Positions 25,366-39,200 of a stretch of 64,000 nucleotides of DNA are shown piece by piece (the first letter of the stretch is position 1; each line of letters begins with the position of its first letter). The notes beneath the pieces are model-generated. The model saw only the letters and a list, made by a program, of their open reading frames with translations. It was not told the origin of the DNA and did no database searches. Source of the DNA: Octopus vulgaris (taxonomy: Eukaryota); contig OX597829.1 in assembly GCA_951406725.2 (NCBI GenBank), forward strand, positions 13,268,001 to 13,332,000. Reading direction: 5' to 3'. The position numbers were made by a program, and so were the translations under genes.

Positions 25366-25458
25366 TTATATATATATATGATATATACATATATTAATTA
25401 AAAATCTATATATGTTCATAGATGCATGTGTGTATGTATGTATTGATTTATCTATCTA

Positions 25459-25499
<41 letters not shown>

Positions 25500-25501
<2 letters not shown>

Positions 25502-26023
25502 GCAAAACGTTTGGCATCACTCGATAAAGAAACTTAATTTATATAGATAATATAAATATAGAATGTCTTATAGTAACTTCTAGAATAGCCACGCATATGT
25601 ATCATGACACTAAGTAAGTATTCCATAAGCTGAGTATTTTATCATCAGTTCTACTCAACAGTCATGCACTTTCTATTCAAAATTGAAACTGGTAATTCCC
25701 AGTATTCCTTGCCGTGGATTATCATCGACAATTCTCATTTAAAACCGCTAATGGACCTGAACTATAACTGTATTATTTATTCAATCATGGAACTATGCAA
25801 CGCAAACCTATCTTACTCTCATCCTTCCCTCATTTTTGACAAACTGGAATATACCCATATCATCGGCCGGGGACATTCCGTCATTTTCACAGTTATGGAA
25901 TCCTTACTCAATATCATGAACCACACGTTTGACTATTCTAGAAATAGCTGTAAGAGATTCTATATGTTTATATTCTCCATATAAATTAAATATCTTTTTC
26001 GACCGCTGCCAAACGTTTTGCTT
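25500..26023. mobile_element. MITE-like element with ~95-bp imperfect terminal inverted repeats
   Basis: AAGCAAAACGTTTGGCA..TCGA.AAAGA..TTAATTTATAT..TATAGAAT.TCTTA..TTCTAGAATAG is mirrored at 25930-26023. Confidence 0.7.
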
Positions 26024-26209
26024 TTCCATTTTTACTTTCATCTATATCTACCCAGTCATGAAGAAACCACTTCCATCCACCTCTGACAGGCAGTCTTAAC
26101 ATTACACTTTCATTTGCAGCTCAAGCAGGAATTGTAGTGGTGACCCAAGCTGAGTACTCATAGTTCATACCTATTACATTATGTCAGTTACCGAAAACTC
26201 CATATATAT

Positions 26210-26290
<81 letters not shown>

Positions 26291-26334
26291 CAAAGATATA
26301 CATACATACATACATACATACATACATACACATC

Positions 26335-26780
26335 TTTTATACTTTTTCAACTATTAGACAGGAGCTATGTAGGGGCACTCATCGTAGTGCTTTTAGTCGA
26401 ATATATCGATCTCAGTATTTATTTTTTATGAAGCATGGTACTTATTTTAACGGACGCTTGGCCGAACCGCTAGGATCCAGGAACGTAAACACACCAACGC
26501 CGGTTGTCAAGGGGCCGACCAGAGCTTTGTGAGTGGGTATGGTAGACGAAAACTGAAAGAAGTCTGTCAAATACATGTGTGTGTATGTCTGTGTCTGCCC
26601 CCCCCCCCAACACCAACTGACAACCGGAGTTGCTGTGCTTACGTTTCTATAAATTAGCGGTCCGGCAACCGTTACCGATAGAATATGTACCAGGCTTTGA
26701 AATAAGTACTGGGAGTCGATTCACTTAACTAAAATCTTTCTAGGTGGTGCTCCAGCATTGCCTCAGTCTAATGATAAAAT
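26335..26780. mobile_element. Rearranged, diverged SINE family 1 pieces (minus-strand tail then plus-strand body)
   Basis: GCCGAACCGCTA..AAACACACCAAC..GGTTGTCAAG followed by GCCGACCA..TTGTGAGTGG..GGTAGACG.AAACTGAAAGAAG. Confidence 0.6.
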
Positions 26781-27164
26781 AATTAAGAATGTGTTTGTAT
26801 ATAATTATGATGGAATTCCTGTATGTATGTATACATGTCTGTATGCATGCATGTATGCACGTATCTATGTATGTGTGTATGCATGCATGCATGTATGTAT
26901 GTGTGCATGTATGTATGTATGCATGTATACATGAATGTATGTACGTAACAACGCATTGGCAAATTCGTTAGAGTGGTGGAAGGATCACTTTCTGGTATTT
27001 GTTCCGGCTGAGACTGTTCTGAGTAAGATCTGGTCAAGTTTCATCTAGGAAACGATAAAAATATTACACCAATGAAGAACACAGTGAACGGCCGGTATGG
27101 GATTCAATACCACAATCTTGCAATCGTAGGTGCATCACCATAATCTCCAGACCATACACACATC

Positions 27165-27378
27165 TTGATTTCAAATTTTGCCCCGAAGCTAGCAACTTCG
27201 GGGAAACGGGTAAGTCGATTACGTCGACCTCACTGCTCAACTGGTACTGATTCGATCAACCTCGAAAGGATGAAAGTCAGTGAACTTCAGTGGTATTCAA
27301 ACTCAGAACGTAAAGATGGAGGAAATGGCGCTAAGCATATTGCCCGGCGTACTAACGATTCTGATAGCTCGCCGCCTT
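27165..27378 (-). mobile_element. tRNA-headed SINE family 2 (Meta-domain-like), diverged
   Basis: CGAAAGGATGAAAG...AACTCAGAACGTAA...GCCCGGCGT.CTAAC...AGCTCGCCGCCT, homologous to 36209-36441. Confidence 0.7.
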
Positions 27379-27409
27379 ACATACACATATATATATATAT
27401 CTTAATATA

Positions 27410-27615
27410 TAGATGTTCCTGGGTCTAAGGGTATTGCGCAAGGCCTGATTGGAGGCACAACCTTCCGAGATATTTTACACGGCTTACAAAAACTAAAGGA
27501 ACCCAGCAATAAGTGTATGAATCTGAGAGGGAAATATGTGAAATAAATCCATAATTAATTGATCCTCCTGTATTTTCTTTTACCCAAAGTCAGAATTTTT
27601 TAGGCCCAACTCGTA
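27410..27615 (+). mobile_element. Non-autonomous mariner remnant
   Basis: Encodes KCMNLRGKYVK* (mariner transposase C-terminus KCxxxxGxYxE*), followed by a TIR-like ...TTTTAGGCCCAACTCG-TA. Confidence 0.55.
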
Positions 27616-27786
27616 CATACATACATAGATACATACATTTTTATATGCGTATATTTATGGATAAATGTATTTATGTATATGCATATGGATGTATGTAAAT
27701 ATACCATAGAGGGGATAAACCAATGAAAATTAATATTTTTATGTTTGTGCCGATTAGAGAGCTTCTCCTTTTCTTACATTTTTTTC

Positions 27787-28235
<449 letters not shown>

Positions 28236-28452
28236 TCCCTCAAATCTCACTCCACCATGTATATATACATACATACATACATATATATATATATGTTTGT
28301 TGAAATGGAAAGATGAATTATCTTGTTACGGATTATTCAAAAGTTTAACCGATACCTGGGTAGCAAAAATCACAGCAGAGAAAACACGGTTGGAGATAAG
28401 ACCATATGGTGTTGCAACCGTGCGTTGGTGCGGATAATTGAAGTTTAATATA

Positions 28453-28546
28453 ATTAGTGAATGGAAGAAATGGAGTTGAACGAAGATTGTACAGGGAATA
28501 AAAGGAATTCTGTACAATCTTCGTTCAACTCCATTTCTTCCATTCA

Positions 28547-28551
<5 letters not shown>
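28453..28551. repeat. Perfect 42-bp inverted repeat with 15-nt spacer
   Basis: ATTAGTGAATGGAAGAAATGGAGTTGAACGAAGATTGTACAG (28453-28494) and its exact reverse complement (28510-28551). Confidence 0.92.
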
Positions 28552-28606
<55 letters not shown>

Positions 28607-29992
28607 CATGTGTGTATGTGTGTATATATACACACACACATACATACACACATACACACGCACACGCACACACACACAACGCACGCACGTGAATATATGT
28701 ATATATTAGATCAGAGTTAAAATTTCTGTGCAATAAATAGATTATACTTCTACAATACACAAGATATTTTAACATTTTTTAAAAAACAATTCCTAGTAAT
28801 ACTTAATTGTAAAAATTTTATTTTAAATGCCGAAATTCTATAAGGGTCCACTGCATTATGTGATTAAAACTGGAATAAAAGACCCTGCTGAAATATCCTT
28901 CATTATAACTACTAGATTAGGGATAATTTGAGATTATATAATGATTACAGTTGGAATATTTTCGGTTGTTTTAAGGAGATTAATGTTAACTGACACCTGT
29001 AACTACAATTTTTTTATATTTCAATAATAGTTAGACTTCTACTTGTATTAAGCGTATATATGAAAAAGAATGAAGATATTTTACCCCGGTAATTTCCTGG
29101 AATGGACGTACTTCAGGATTGATACAGTTACTGTTAGGACAGATTTGTAATAATTGTGAGAAATTAGGTTTACCTGTTTAGAACGCAATATAAATTATTT
29201 TGGTTTAATTGTTTACGGTAATTTTGGTTGAAAGGGAAATATTTATTTAAGAGTTTGTTGGAAAATGTTGGTTTTAGGTGAAAGAACTTATAGATTAAAA
29301 AGCGGATTAATTTTTATTTGGCTAACATATATACAATAGGTTATTCGCTTATATTTTACTTCCTCAAAAAAGCCAATTTTTTCTCAATGACTCATTATAA
29401 TATCCTAATGTTTCTTTAATTGAAAATATCTAAGACAAGATTAAAACTCAACAGAATTTTAACTTAGCTTTACCATTTACACTGCTTCCTTTGTGGGTTT
29501 TTGTCTTTCATACTTCTAAATTATTCCTTAGTATTCTTTACTTGCTTCTATCCTTCATTCGTTGAACTAGGCCTTAATTACTTTTTACCAAAACCATTTC
29601 ATTTCAGCCGTTACGGCGGACAGTTCCAAAATCTCGATTATCTTTTCCTTTGACCTTTCAATCATTAGAAAAACAAACATGTACTGACGCTATATTCAGT
29701 ATCATTCACTCCTTTTCTTTCTCCATCACTAATCGATTTATCAATACAACCAAACTCAGGGCTTCCTATTTGTTCTTGTCCTACTTTCTTCGACCTTGAA
29801 TCTCACTTATTTAACTAAGACCACACTTTACCTTTTATATCATTCACATTACACATAGGTCCTAGTTCTGATACTTTAAAGCCACTCTTTGGCCAAACTT
29901 TGAACTGTCTCCCATCTTATACAAAATATTTAAACAACTTCTATTTGATGCTTGTATATATTCAACAACACTTGTCTTTCTCTGTGTGTGTG

Positions 29993-30079
<87 letters not shown>

Positions 30080-30224
30080 CTGTGTGGTAAGAAGCTTGTT
30101 TCCCAACCACACGGTTCTCAGTTCATTACCACTGCGAACGGATCTAGTATGTAGAAATTGAAAGAAGTCCGTCTTATCTATCTACACGTATATGTCTGTG
30201 TGTGTGTGAGTGTATATATGACTT

Positions 30225-30540
30225 TTCTTTTTGAGAGAGTTCAAAGAGATCGCTAACAAATCGACAAGACATTTTGAGTTAAGAATGTTCTCGTTGTTTG
30301 TAAATATGTATTTGAGTTGGTGTGTTAGTTGAACTGTCGATGCATACACACAAGTGTGTGCTTGTATTCGCACAAGAATCTCAGATGGAGAGTTTTGGGA
30401 ATGTACTTCAAATTTTCACTGCGCCACTAATAGATTAGATTTGGAGGATCCACATTAACCTTTTTCTTTCATTCTTTTTTTTTTGCTTTTTCTCCGAGAA
30501 ATCTAGTAATTCTAAGTTTTTGTGCAAATTTGTTGCTATA
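30225..30540 (-). repeat. Unclassified ~300-bp dispersed repeat, inverted relative to copy at 42330-42610
   Basis: Shared AAATTTGCACAAAA.C.TAGAA, TGTATGCATCGACAGT, CACCAACTCAAA, GTCTTGTCG.TT..TTAGCG, TTGAACTCTCTCAA. Confidence 0.65.
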
Positions 30541-30916
30541 TTACTTAATTCGCCTATGATGACAATTGTATGTATGTATGTTTGAATGTATATGTGCATG
30601 TATGCATGTTTATATGTGTTTGTATGTAAGTTTGAATGTAAGTGTGCATGTATGTATGTGCATATTTGTGTGTATGTATGGGTGTGTGTGTGAGTACGTA
30701 TGTATCTATGTATGTATGTTTCATACTAGTATAAAGAACGTCGCATTGGTCTCTTTTACACACCAGAATGTAATATATGACATGCAAGTTCTTGGTGCGC
30801 AAAGCTTCTGCAATCCTGCTTGTTTCTCTTGAATCAGACTCGTCAAGCATGAAAAAGCTTGCAGGAGATGTAAACGTACCTCTCCGTAAATCTTCGGTCA
30901 CGAAGCCAAGCCATGG

Positions 30917-31024
<108 letters not shown>

Positions 31025-31125
31025 TTGCATGTGCGCGCATATGTGTATGTGTGTTATATAAACATGGTTTAGGACTTACTAGTTTCATGCTCTTTTCTAA
31101 TTACAATGTTTTTTTCTAAAACACT

Positions 31126-31563
31126 AGCGTGGCTGTGTAGTGAGATTCCTTCCTAACTACATAGTTCCCGGTTCAGTCCCACTGCATGGCACCTTAGGTA
31201 TGTGTCTTCTATTGTAGCCTTGAACCAACCAAAGACTTGTAAGTGGAATGGTAGTCGGAAACTGAAAGAAAACTGCCGTGTGTGTGTGTGTATATATGTA
31301 TATATACACACGCGGCAGTCTTATATATATATATATGAATGTATGTGCTTGCGTGTGTATTTCTTAGTGCCTGCTGGTTCACTCATGACCAGTTGACAAC
31401 CGATGTTTGTGCGTTTAAGTCTCCGTAACTTAGCTTTTCAGCAAAAGATACTGATTGAATTAGTACTACGCTTAAAAAATATCCTGGGGTCAATTTGCCC
31501 GACTAAAATCACTCAACGTGGTACTTCATCATGGTCGCAGTCAAATGACTGAAACAAGTAAAA
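31126..31563 (+). mobile_element. SINE family 1, diverged full-length copy
   Basis: GTGGCTGTG...GGTTCAGTCCCACTGC...TGACAACCGATG...GCAGTCAAATGACTGAAACAAGTAAAA. Confidence 0.75.
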
Positions 31564-32544
31564 CAATATAATAATAAATGAAAGCATAAGATTAAAAAAT
31601 AAGATGTTGAGTATAGTGTTGATACAGTTATAGTGCGGATGTCGTTAAAATTTGCCAGCGTTTGCAAAATGTATAGTTGTGCATGTGGTATATATTTCTG
31701 TGCTTGTATGACTAATTGTGACTGTAAATAACGTGCTTAGTCAAGCATACATAATCATGTATAAACATATGTATGTATGTATGTATGTATGTATGCTTGC
31801 ATGCATGCATGTATGTATGTTTGTGATGAACGTATGTTACTACGTATGTATGCCTGGATGTATGTGTGATTATGTACTCATGAATGTGCGTCGATGTTTG
31901 TGTATGTGTGTGCATTGTAAGATACAATACTAAAGCTTCTGACGCTTAATATATTTCACGCCTGGTTGAGCAGGTTTCGTTGTGCGTTGCAAGCAAGAAA
32001 AGAAGAGAAAAAAAAGAAAAGAAGTGAAAACAGATGAAGATTAAGCAATAATATTTACAAAACACTAGGAAAGAACTAAGACCGAAACAACCGTATCAAG
32101 CAACGTTTCATCTGTAATCTGCCCTTTTCCTACTTATGTATGTATGTATGTATGTATGTATGTATGTATGTATGTATGCATGTATGTATGTATGTATGTA
32201 TGTGTGTATGTATGTGTGTATGTATGCTCGTATGTATGTATAAATGTATGTATGTATGTATGTATGTATGTATGTACGCATGTAAGTATGTATGTACGTA
32301 CGCATGTATAAGTATGTATGTACGTACGCAAGCATGCATGTATGTATGTATATGCCTGTGTGTATTTATGTATATGTGTGTGTATATATGTGTATATACA
32401 CACATTTTTATATGCATATATATATGTACATATAACATTAATTAGAGACAAAACCACTATTATGCAAATCAAACAAAGAAAGACTTAATCCAATACATAC
32501 AAAATTTTATATAAATTAAATATAATTAAATATAATTAAGATAT

Positions 32545-32590
32545 CCACTACGATCGTTTCTTGTCACTTCTATGGACATTCATCAGGTGG
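32545..32590 (-). ncRNA. Minimal type I hammerhead ribozyme (left arm of palindrome)
   Basis: Reverse complement of 32653-32698. Confidence 0.8.
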
Positions 32591-32652
32591 TTTCAAGACC
32601 TTCTTTGCAAGCTTAAACTTCATAGTTTAAACTTGCAAAGAAGGTCTTGAAA

Positions 32653-32698
32653 CCACCTGATGAATGTCCATAGAAGTGACAAGAAACGATCGTAGTGG
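32653..32698 (+). ncRNA. Minimal type I hammerhead ribozyme (right arm of palindrome)
   Basis: CCAC-CTGATGA-aTGTC(catagaagt)GACAa-GAAA-CGATCG-TA-GTGG; palindromic stem III. Confidence 0.82.
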
Positions 32699-32979
32699 AT
32701 ATCTTAATTATATTTAATTATATTTAATTTATATAAAATTTTGTATGTATTGGATTAAGTCTTTCTTTGTTTGATTTGCATAATAGTGGTTTTTGTCTCT
32801 AATTAAAATTATATTATATTTTACTATAAAATTGGATTCAATCCTAAATCTGATTTTTCCCTGTAAATTTGGATTTATTCCCTAATATTTATTATTATAT
32901 GTACGTATATATACATAAATATATATACAAGTAGAGAAAAAGAGATGGAGGGAGAGAGAAAGAGAGGGAAACAGAGATA

Positions 32980-34142
32980 CATACACATACATACATATAT
33001 ATATATACATACATATGTACATAGATACATACATATATTCATACATATATGCATACAGACGTACATAGATACATACATACGTACATTCATACATACATTC
33101 ATACATACATACATACATAGAAACATACATACATAGATACACACACATACATACATATATATACATACAGATGTATATAGATACATACATACATTCATAC
33201 ATACATTCATACATACATACATACATAGATACATACATACATAGATACACACACATATATACATATGTATACATACAGATGTATATAGATACATACATAC
33301 ATTCATACATACATTCATACATACATACAAGCATACTTAGATACATGCATACAGACGTACATAGATATATACATACATACATTCATACATACAGACATAC
33401 ATACAAACATACATACATAGATACATATACACATACCTATTCACACATACATACTTACATGCATACATACATACATACGTGCATACGTACCTACATACAT
33501 TCATACATACATAAATATACACATATATACATACATAGATATGTACGTACATACAAACATACAAACATACATACATACACACATAGATACATACATACGT
33601 ACGTACGTACATACATACATGCGTACGTACATACATGCATACATGCATACATACGTACATACATACATACTTACATACATACATACGTACATAGATACGT
33701 CCATAGATGCCTACATACATACATACATACATTGTGCATACCTACATACATACATTCATACATACATACATATATACATACATACGTACCTACATATATA
33801 CATACATAAATACATACGTACATAGAAACATATATACATACGTACGTACGTACGTACATACATACATACATACATACATACATACATACGTACGTACATA
33901 CATACATACGTAGATACGTACATACGTACATGCATACATATATACGTACATACATACATACAAACATACTTACATACGTACTTACATACATGCATACATA
34001 CGTACTTACGTATATACATACGTACATACGTACATACGTACATACATACATACATACATACGTACATACATACATACATTCGTCCATAGATGCATACATA
34101 CATACGTACATACATACATGCATACATGCATACATGCATACA

Positions 34143-34173
<31 letters not shown>

Positions 34174-34981
34174 GTACGTACATACATACGAACGTACATA
34201 CGTTCGTACATACATACATATGTACATACATACATACATACATACATACATACGTACATACATACGTACATACGTCCATAGATGCATACATATATACATA
34301 CGGACATGCGTACATACATACATACATGCATACAGACATTCAAACATACATACATACGTACGTACGTACGTACGTACATACATACATACATACATACATA
34401 TATACGTACATACACACATGCATACATACATACCAACATACATATATACATACAAACATACATATATACGTACATACATACATACGTACGTACGTACATA
34501 CGTACATACATACGTACGTACGTACGTACGTACGTACGTACAAACATACATACGTACATACATACATACGTCCATAGATGCATACATACATACGTACATA
34601 GATACATACATGCATGCATATATGCATACATACATACATACGTATGTACATACGTATATACATATGTACGTACGTACATATGTACATACATACATATATA
34701 CGTACATACATACATACGACCATAGATGTATACATACATACATACATACATACATACATACATACATACATACATACATACATACATACATACATACATA
34801 CATTCGTACATACATACATGCATATATACATACACAAATACATACGTACATACATACATGCATACATACATACATACGTACATACGTACATACATACGTA
34901 CATGCATACATATATGCATACATACGTACATAAGTACATACATACATACAAGCATACCTACATACCTACATACATGCATAC

Positions 34982-35012
<31 letters not shown>

Positions 35013-35455
35013 CATACATACATACATACGTACATATATACATACTTACATACAAACATTCATATATACGTAGTGACATACATACATACATACATACGTA
35101 CGTACGTACATACACACATACTACGTATGTACATACATACATGTATACATACATACATACGTACATACATACATACATACATACATACATACATACATAC
35201 ATACGTACATACATACATACATACATTCATACATACATACATGCATACATACATACATACGTACATACATACGTATATACATACATACATACGTACGTAC
35301 ATACGTACATACATACATGCATACGTACATACATACGTACATACATACGTACATACATACATACATACATACATACATGTGTACGTACATACATACATAC
35401 ATACATACATACATACATACATACAAACATACATACGTACGTACACACATATACG
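32980..35455. repeat. ~2.5-kb degenerate (TACA)n/(TACG)n tetranucleotide array
   Basis: Directly visible; source of the MYVC/HTYI ORFs. Confidence 0.97.
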
Positions 35456-35717
35456 TAACGCCGATATGTTCTGAAAATGTAACTTTCCCAAATAAATTGC
35501 ACTTTCATACTCTGATGAAGCTATATGATGTTATCCCGGTACTCAACTAAGAGCCCACCACAACTTTTATCAGAAATAGCATTATATAACATTCGGCGTT
35601 TTCCGGAGTCATCTCTTTATTTTCTATTACCACTGTATATTCATATAACATTGTGTTCCTGACCATACGTATATTGATTTCTACTCTAGGTTATTATTCT
35701 CACTATGCCGAAGAGAA

Positions 35718-35810
<93 letters not shown>

Positions 35811-35825
35811 TATATATATATATAT

Positions 35826-35876
<51 letters not shown>

Positions 35877-35877
35877 G

Positions 35878-35947
<70 letters not shown>

Positions 35948-36106
35948 TTAGGTATTCGAGAGGGGATGACCTCCCTTTGCGAATATCAGAAGGGCACAGA
36001 AAGTGTGTCTAAAGCCAGCTGGAGACGATGATCTCCTGGGGCTAAAGGCTTCAGTAACACCCACCCCCAGTGGCTAGCCACATTGAGATGGCTAGTACAC
36101 ATTACG

Positions 36107-36166
<60 letters not shown>

Positions 36167-36208
36167 GATAGGCTTCTTTCAGTTTCGTCAGCCAAATCCA
36201 CTCATACC

Positions 36209-36444
36209 TATTTCTTTATTACCGTCAAGGGGCTAAACATAGAGGGGACAAACAAGGACGGACATAGGTATTAAGTCAATTACATCGACCCCAGTGCGTA
36301 ACTGGTGCTTAAATTTTCGACCCCGAAAGGATGAAAGGCAAAGTCGACCTCGGCGGAATTTGAACTCAGAACGTAACGGCATACGAAATACCGCAAAGTA
36401 TTTCGCCCGGCGTGCTAACTCTTCTGCCAGCTCGCTGCCTTATT
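36209..36444 (-). mobile_element. SINE family 2 (tRNA head plus Meta-like domain) inserted into a family 1 SINE, 13-bp TSD
   Basis: Minus strand GGCAGCGAGCTGGCAGAA...GAGTTCAAATTCC...GCCTTTCATCCTTTCGGGGTCGA; TSD ATCCACTCATACC at 36196-36208 and 36445-36457. Confidence 0.85.
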
Positions 36445-36480
36445 ATCCACTCATACCGCTTTGGTCGATCCGAACTTATG

Positions 36481-36658
36481 GCAGGGCTAGCTAGCAGAAA
36501 CGTTAGCACGCCGTGCGAAATTCTTTTTCCTTTCATCCTTTCGGGGTCGATTAAATAAGTACCAGCTACGCACTGTGGTCGATGTAATCGACTTAATCCG
36601 TTTGTCTGTCCTTGTTTGTCCTCTCTGTGTGTAGCCCCTTGTTGGCAGTAAAGAAATA
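36481..36658 (+). mobile_element. SINE family 2, internally deleted copy in opposite orientation within the same host SINE
   Basis: GCAGAAACGTTAGCACGCCG...CCTTTCATCCTTTCGGGGTCGAT...TAAAGAAATA. Confidence 0.8.
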
Positions 36659-37019
36659 TGAAACCCTTGCTCAAGATGCCACGCAGTGGGACTGAACACG
36701 GAACTCTGTAGTCGATAAGCTACTTCTGCGGCTATATAGACACACACGCACACACATATATTGATAAACATATATGTAAGACATTTATTTACGTCTCTCA
36801 TTCTTTTCATTCACCCAGTATTTTTATGTTATGAGTTATCTCACCTTTTATTAACTGAATCAACTTTTATCTTTCCAATAACAATAGGCTGCTATAGATT
36901 GAGAAGGAGTATGTTTTGCACATATATTTGTTACAGTATCTACAAATGTCTGCTTTGATGTGTTTATGTTGGTGGGGGTATGTGCGTGCGTGAAAGCTCA
37001 ATCAACTTGTGAAAGATCA

Positions 37020-37992
37020 TGATTGATCGCATCCCAGTCTGCGTTATGAAGATCCATAGTGTCAAATGGATGGACTGGAGCGATGTCACTGGCTAGGAAG
37101 GAACCAAGACCGAAACAACCGTATCAAGCAACGTTTCATCTGTAATCTGCCCTTTTTCTACTTATGTATGTATGTATGTATGTATAAATGTACGTATGTA
37201 TGCATGTATGTATGTATGTACGCATGTATGTAAGTATGTATGTATGCATGTGTGTATGTATGCATGTATGTATACATGTATGTATGTATGTGCCTGTGTG
37301 TATTTATGTATATGTGTGTATATATGTGTATATACACACATTTTTATATGCATATATATATGTACATATATATATACATGTATATATGTATATATACATG
37401 TATATATACATGTCATGGTCTGAGGGTAGAGATGTTTTTTTCCACTGCAATATTGTGGATAGCGTCAGTGTGGTTGCTGAACACTAGGTCGAAGGTGTTT
37501 TTGTGTCATCTTGTTGGTTCGAGAACAAGTGGGGTCAGGAAAAACTCATCCATGAAATCAAAAAGCAATTCGATTGATTCGTTATCAGGAGTTGAGGTGG
37601 AAAAACCTGGTTTCAAGCTGTTTGTGGACCAATCAACTCTGGGAAGGTTGAAGTCTCACATCATGAATATGTTGTCAGCATGACACCGATGGATGAAACT
37701 CTTAATACTGTTGAGGCAGTCCTTGAAGCGTAGTAAAGGAGTTTGGGGTGAACTATAGAGGCCAACTACTATTACATTGTTGGTTTTACTAAACACAGAA
37801 GCTGCTTCACAGTAGCCATTGGTAAATATGTCCGTTGCTTCGACGGAAAAAAGAATCGTGCACGAAAATGGCGCTCGCACCCTTTCTTCTGTCGACACGA
37901 TCTGCACGGATGGCTATAAAATTCTTCACTCTCATCTCAGTTTCTAATTGGAGGTTGTTGAGATGGGGCTCTGTGAAGACGAAGAAAGGGAT
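37020..37992 (-). mobile_element. Apurinic-like endonuclease fragment of a CR1/L2/Jockey-group LINE, interrupted by a duplicated segment at 37095-37410
   Basis: FTEPHL..RADR, VVGLYSSP, (G)DFNLPRVDW, EPTR..NTFDLVFSN and SDH motifs over 37412-37992; downstream ADWDAI at ~37040. Confidence 0.75.
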
Positions 37993-38084
37993 ATATATAT
38001 ATATACCATATGCATGTTTACATTCATTTAAGTGTGTATGCGTTTATGTATGTATGCACATATGCATATACATATGTATGTATG

Positions 38085-38119
<35 letters not shown>

Positions 38120-38901
38120 GTGTATGTATGTATGTATGTATATATGTATGCATGTATATATGTATATTTGTATGTAAGGCTCAAACTTCACAAGCGATGT
38201 GTCTGAGTTTCATGTTTTACCGTTTCTCGAACAATAATGGAAATTAATCAAACTCGTTTATTGTTGTATATGAAATAAAACTTATTGAATATGCACGTTA
38301 ACAATAGAAAGTCCTTTTGAATTGGTTGACGCGCGTAACGGTGTTATTGGTGGCTCTTTGACAATCACCTGCTAAGCATTTTGAAATATTTCAATAAAAG
38401 ATTTCGTTTTATGACAACAATAATATTGATTTTGAAATGTACGCTAACTAAAGAAAATATTGATTTGTTTGCACTGTGTATCAGTATGGACAAGGCTGTC
38501 CAGTGTTTAGCATCACAATTAACGTTTGGAAACTTGGCAATATCCAGATATTAGGTCTACACGTGTGTTCTTATAATATACATCCATTTTGTGAGAAATA
38601 CAATGCTCTCATCCATCCATCGTTCTGCAGATTATAGAGTTTAATTATGTTCCGAATATCTTCCAGATGCTTTCAGTTTCTGATTTTGTTAGTTATAAAC
38701 CCCACATGTACTTTGACAAGCATATATCCAAAGATCTTTCCAGATTTATGAAAGTAAGCCCATGCTGATTTTATTTTCGTTTAAATGAATTTTTATTCAT
38801 TTGAACTATCAGCCTGGCAAGTTATTTACAGAATTTTGAGCGTACTTCATTGTACCTGTTGACCTTTATTTCGATGTAAATACTTTGTGCAAGTAAATAC
38901 T

Positions 38902-38994
38902 GTGTATGTATGTATGTATGTATGTATGTATGTATGTATGTGTGTATGTATGTATGTATGTATGTATGTATGTATGTATGTATGTATGTATGTA

Positions 38995-39029
<35 letters not shown>

Positions 39030-39200
39030 ATGTATGTATGTATGTATGCATGTATGTATGTATGTATGTATGTATGTATGTATGTATGTATGTATGTATG
39101 TATGTATGTATATATGTGTGTATGTATGTATGCATGTATGTATCCATGTATGTATGTATGTGCGTATGTATGTATGTATTTATGTGTGTATGTATGTATT
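38902..39200. repeat. (TATG)n microsatellite
   Basis: Directly visible. Confidence 0.95.

Larger units (their letters stand above)
32438..32806. repeat. ~182-bp-arm near-perfect palindrome (centre ~32621); probable inverted Penelope-like terminal repeat
   Basis: TTAATTAGAGACAAAACCACTATTATGCAAATC...TTAAACT-TCAT-AGTTTAA...GTCTCTAATTAA. Confidence 0.92.

Noticed and set aside
32875-35550. MYVC/HTYI-repeat ORFs up to 423 aa on both strands
   Set aside because: Stop-free frames of a (TACA)n microsatellite.
35505-35612. CTGATGA with long flanking pairing
   Set aside because: No GAAA-stem III-NUH in the right register; at best a decayed relic.
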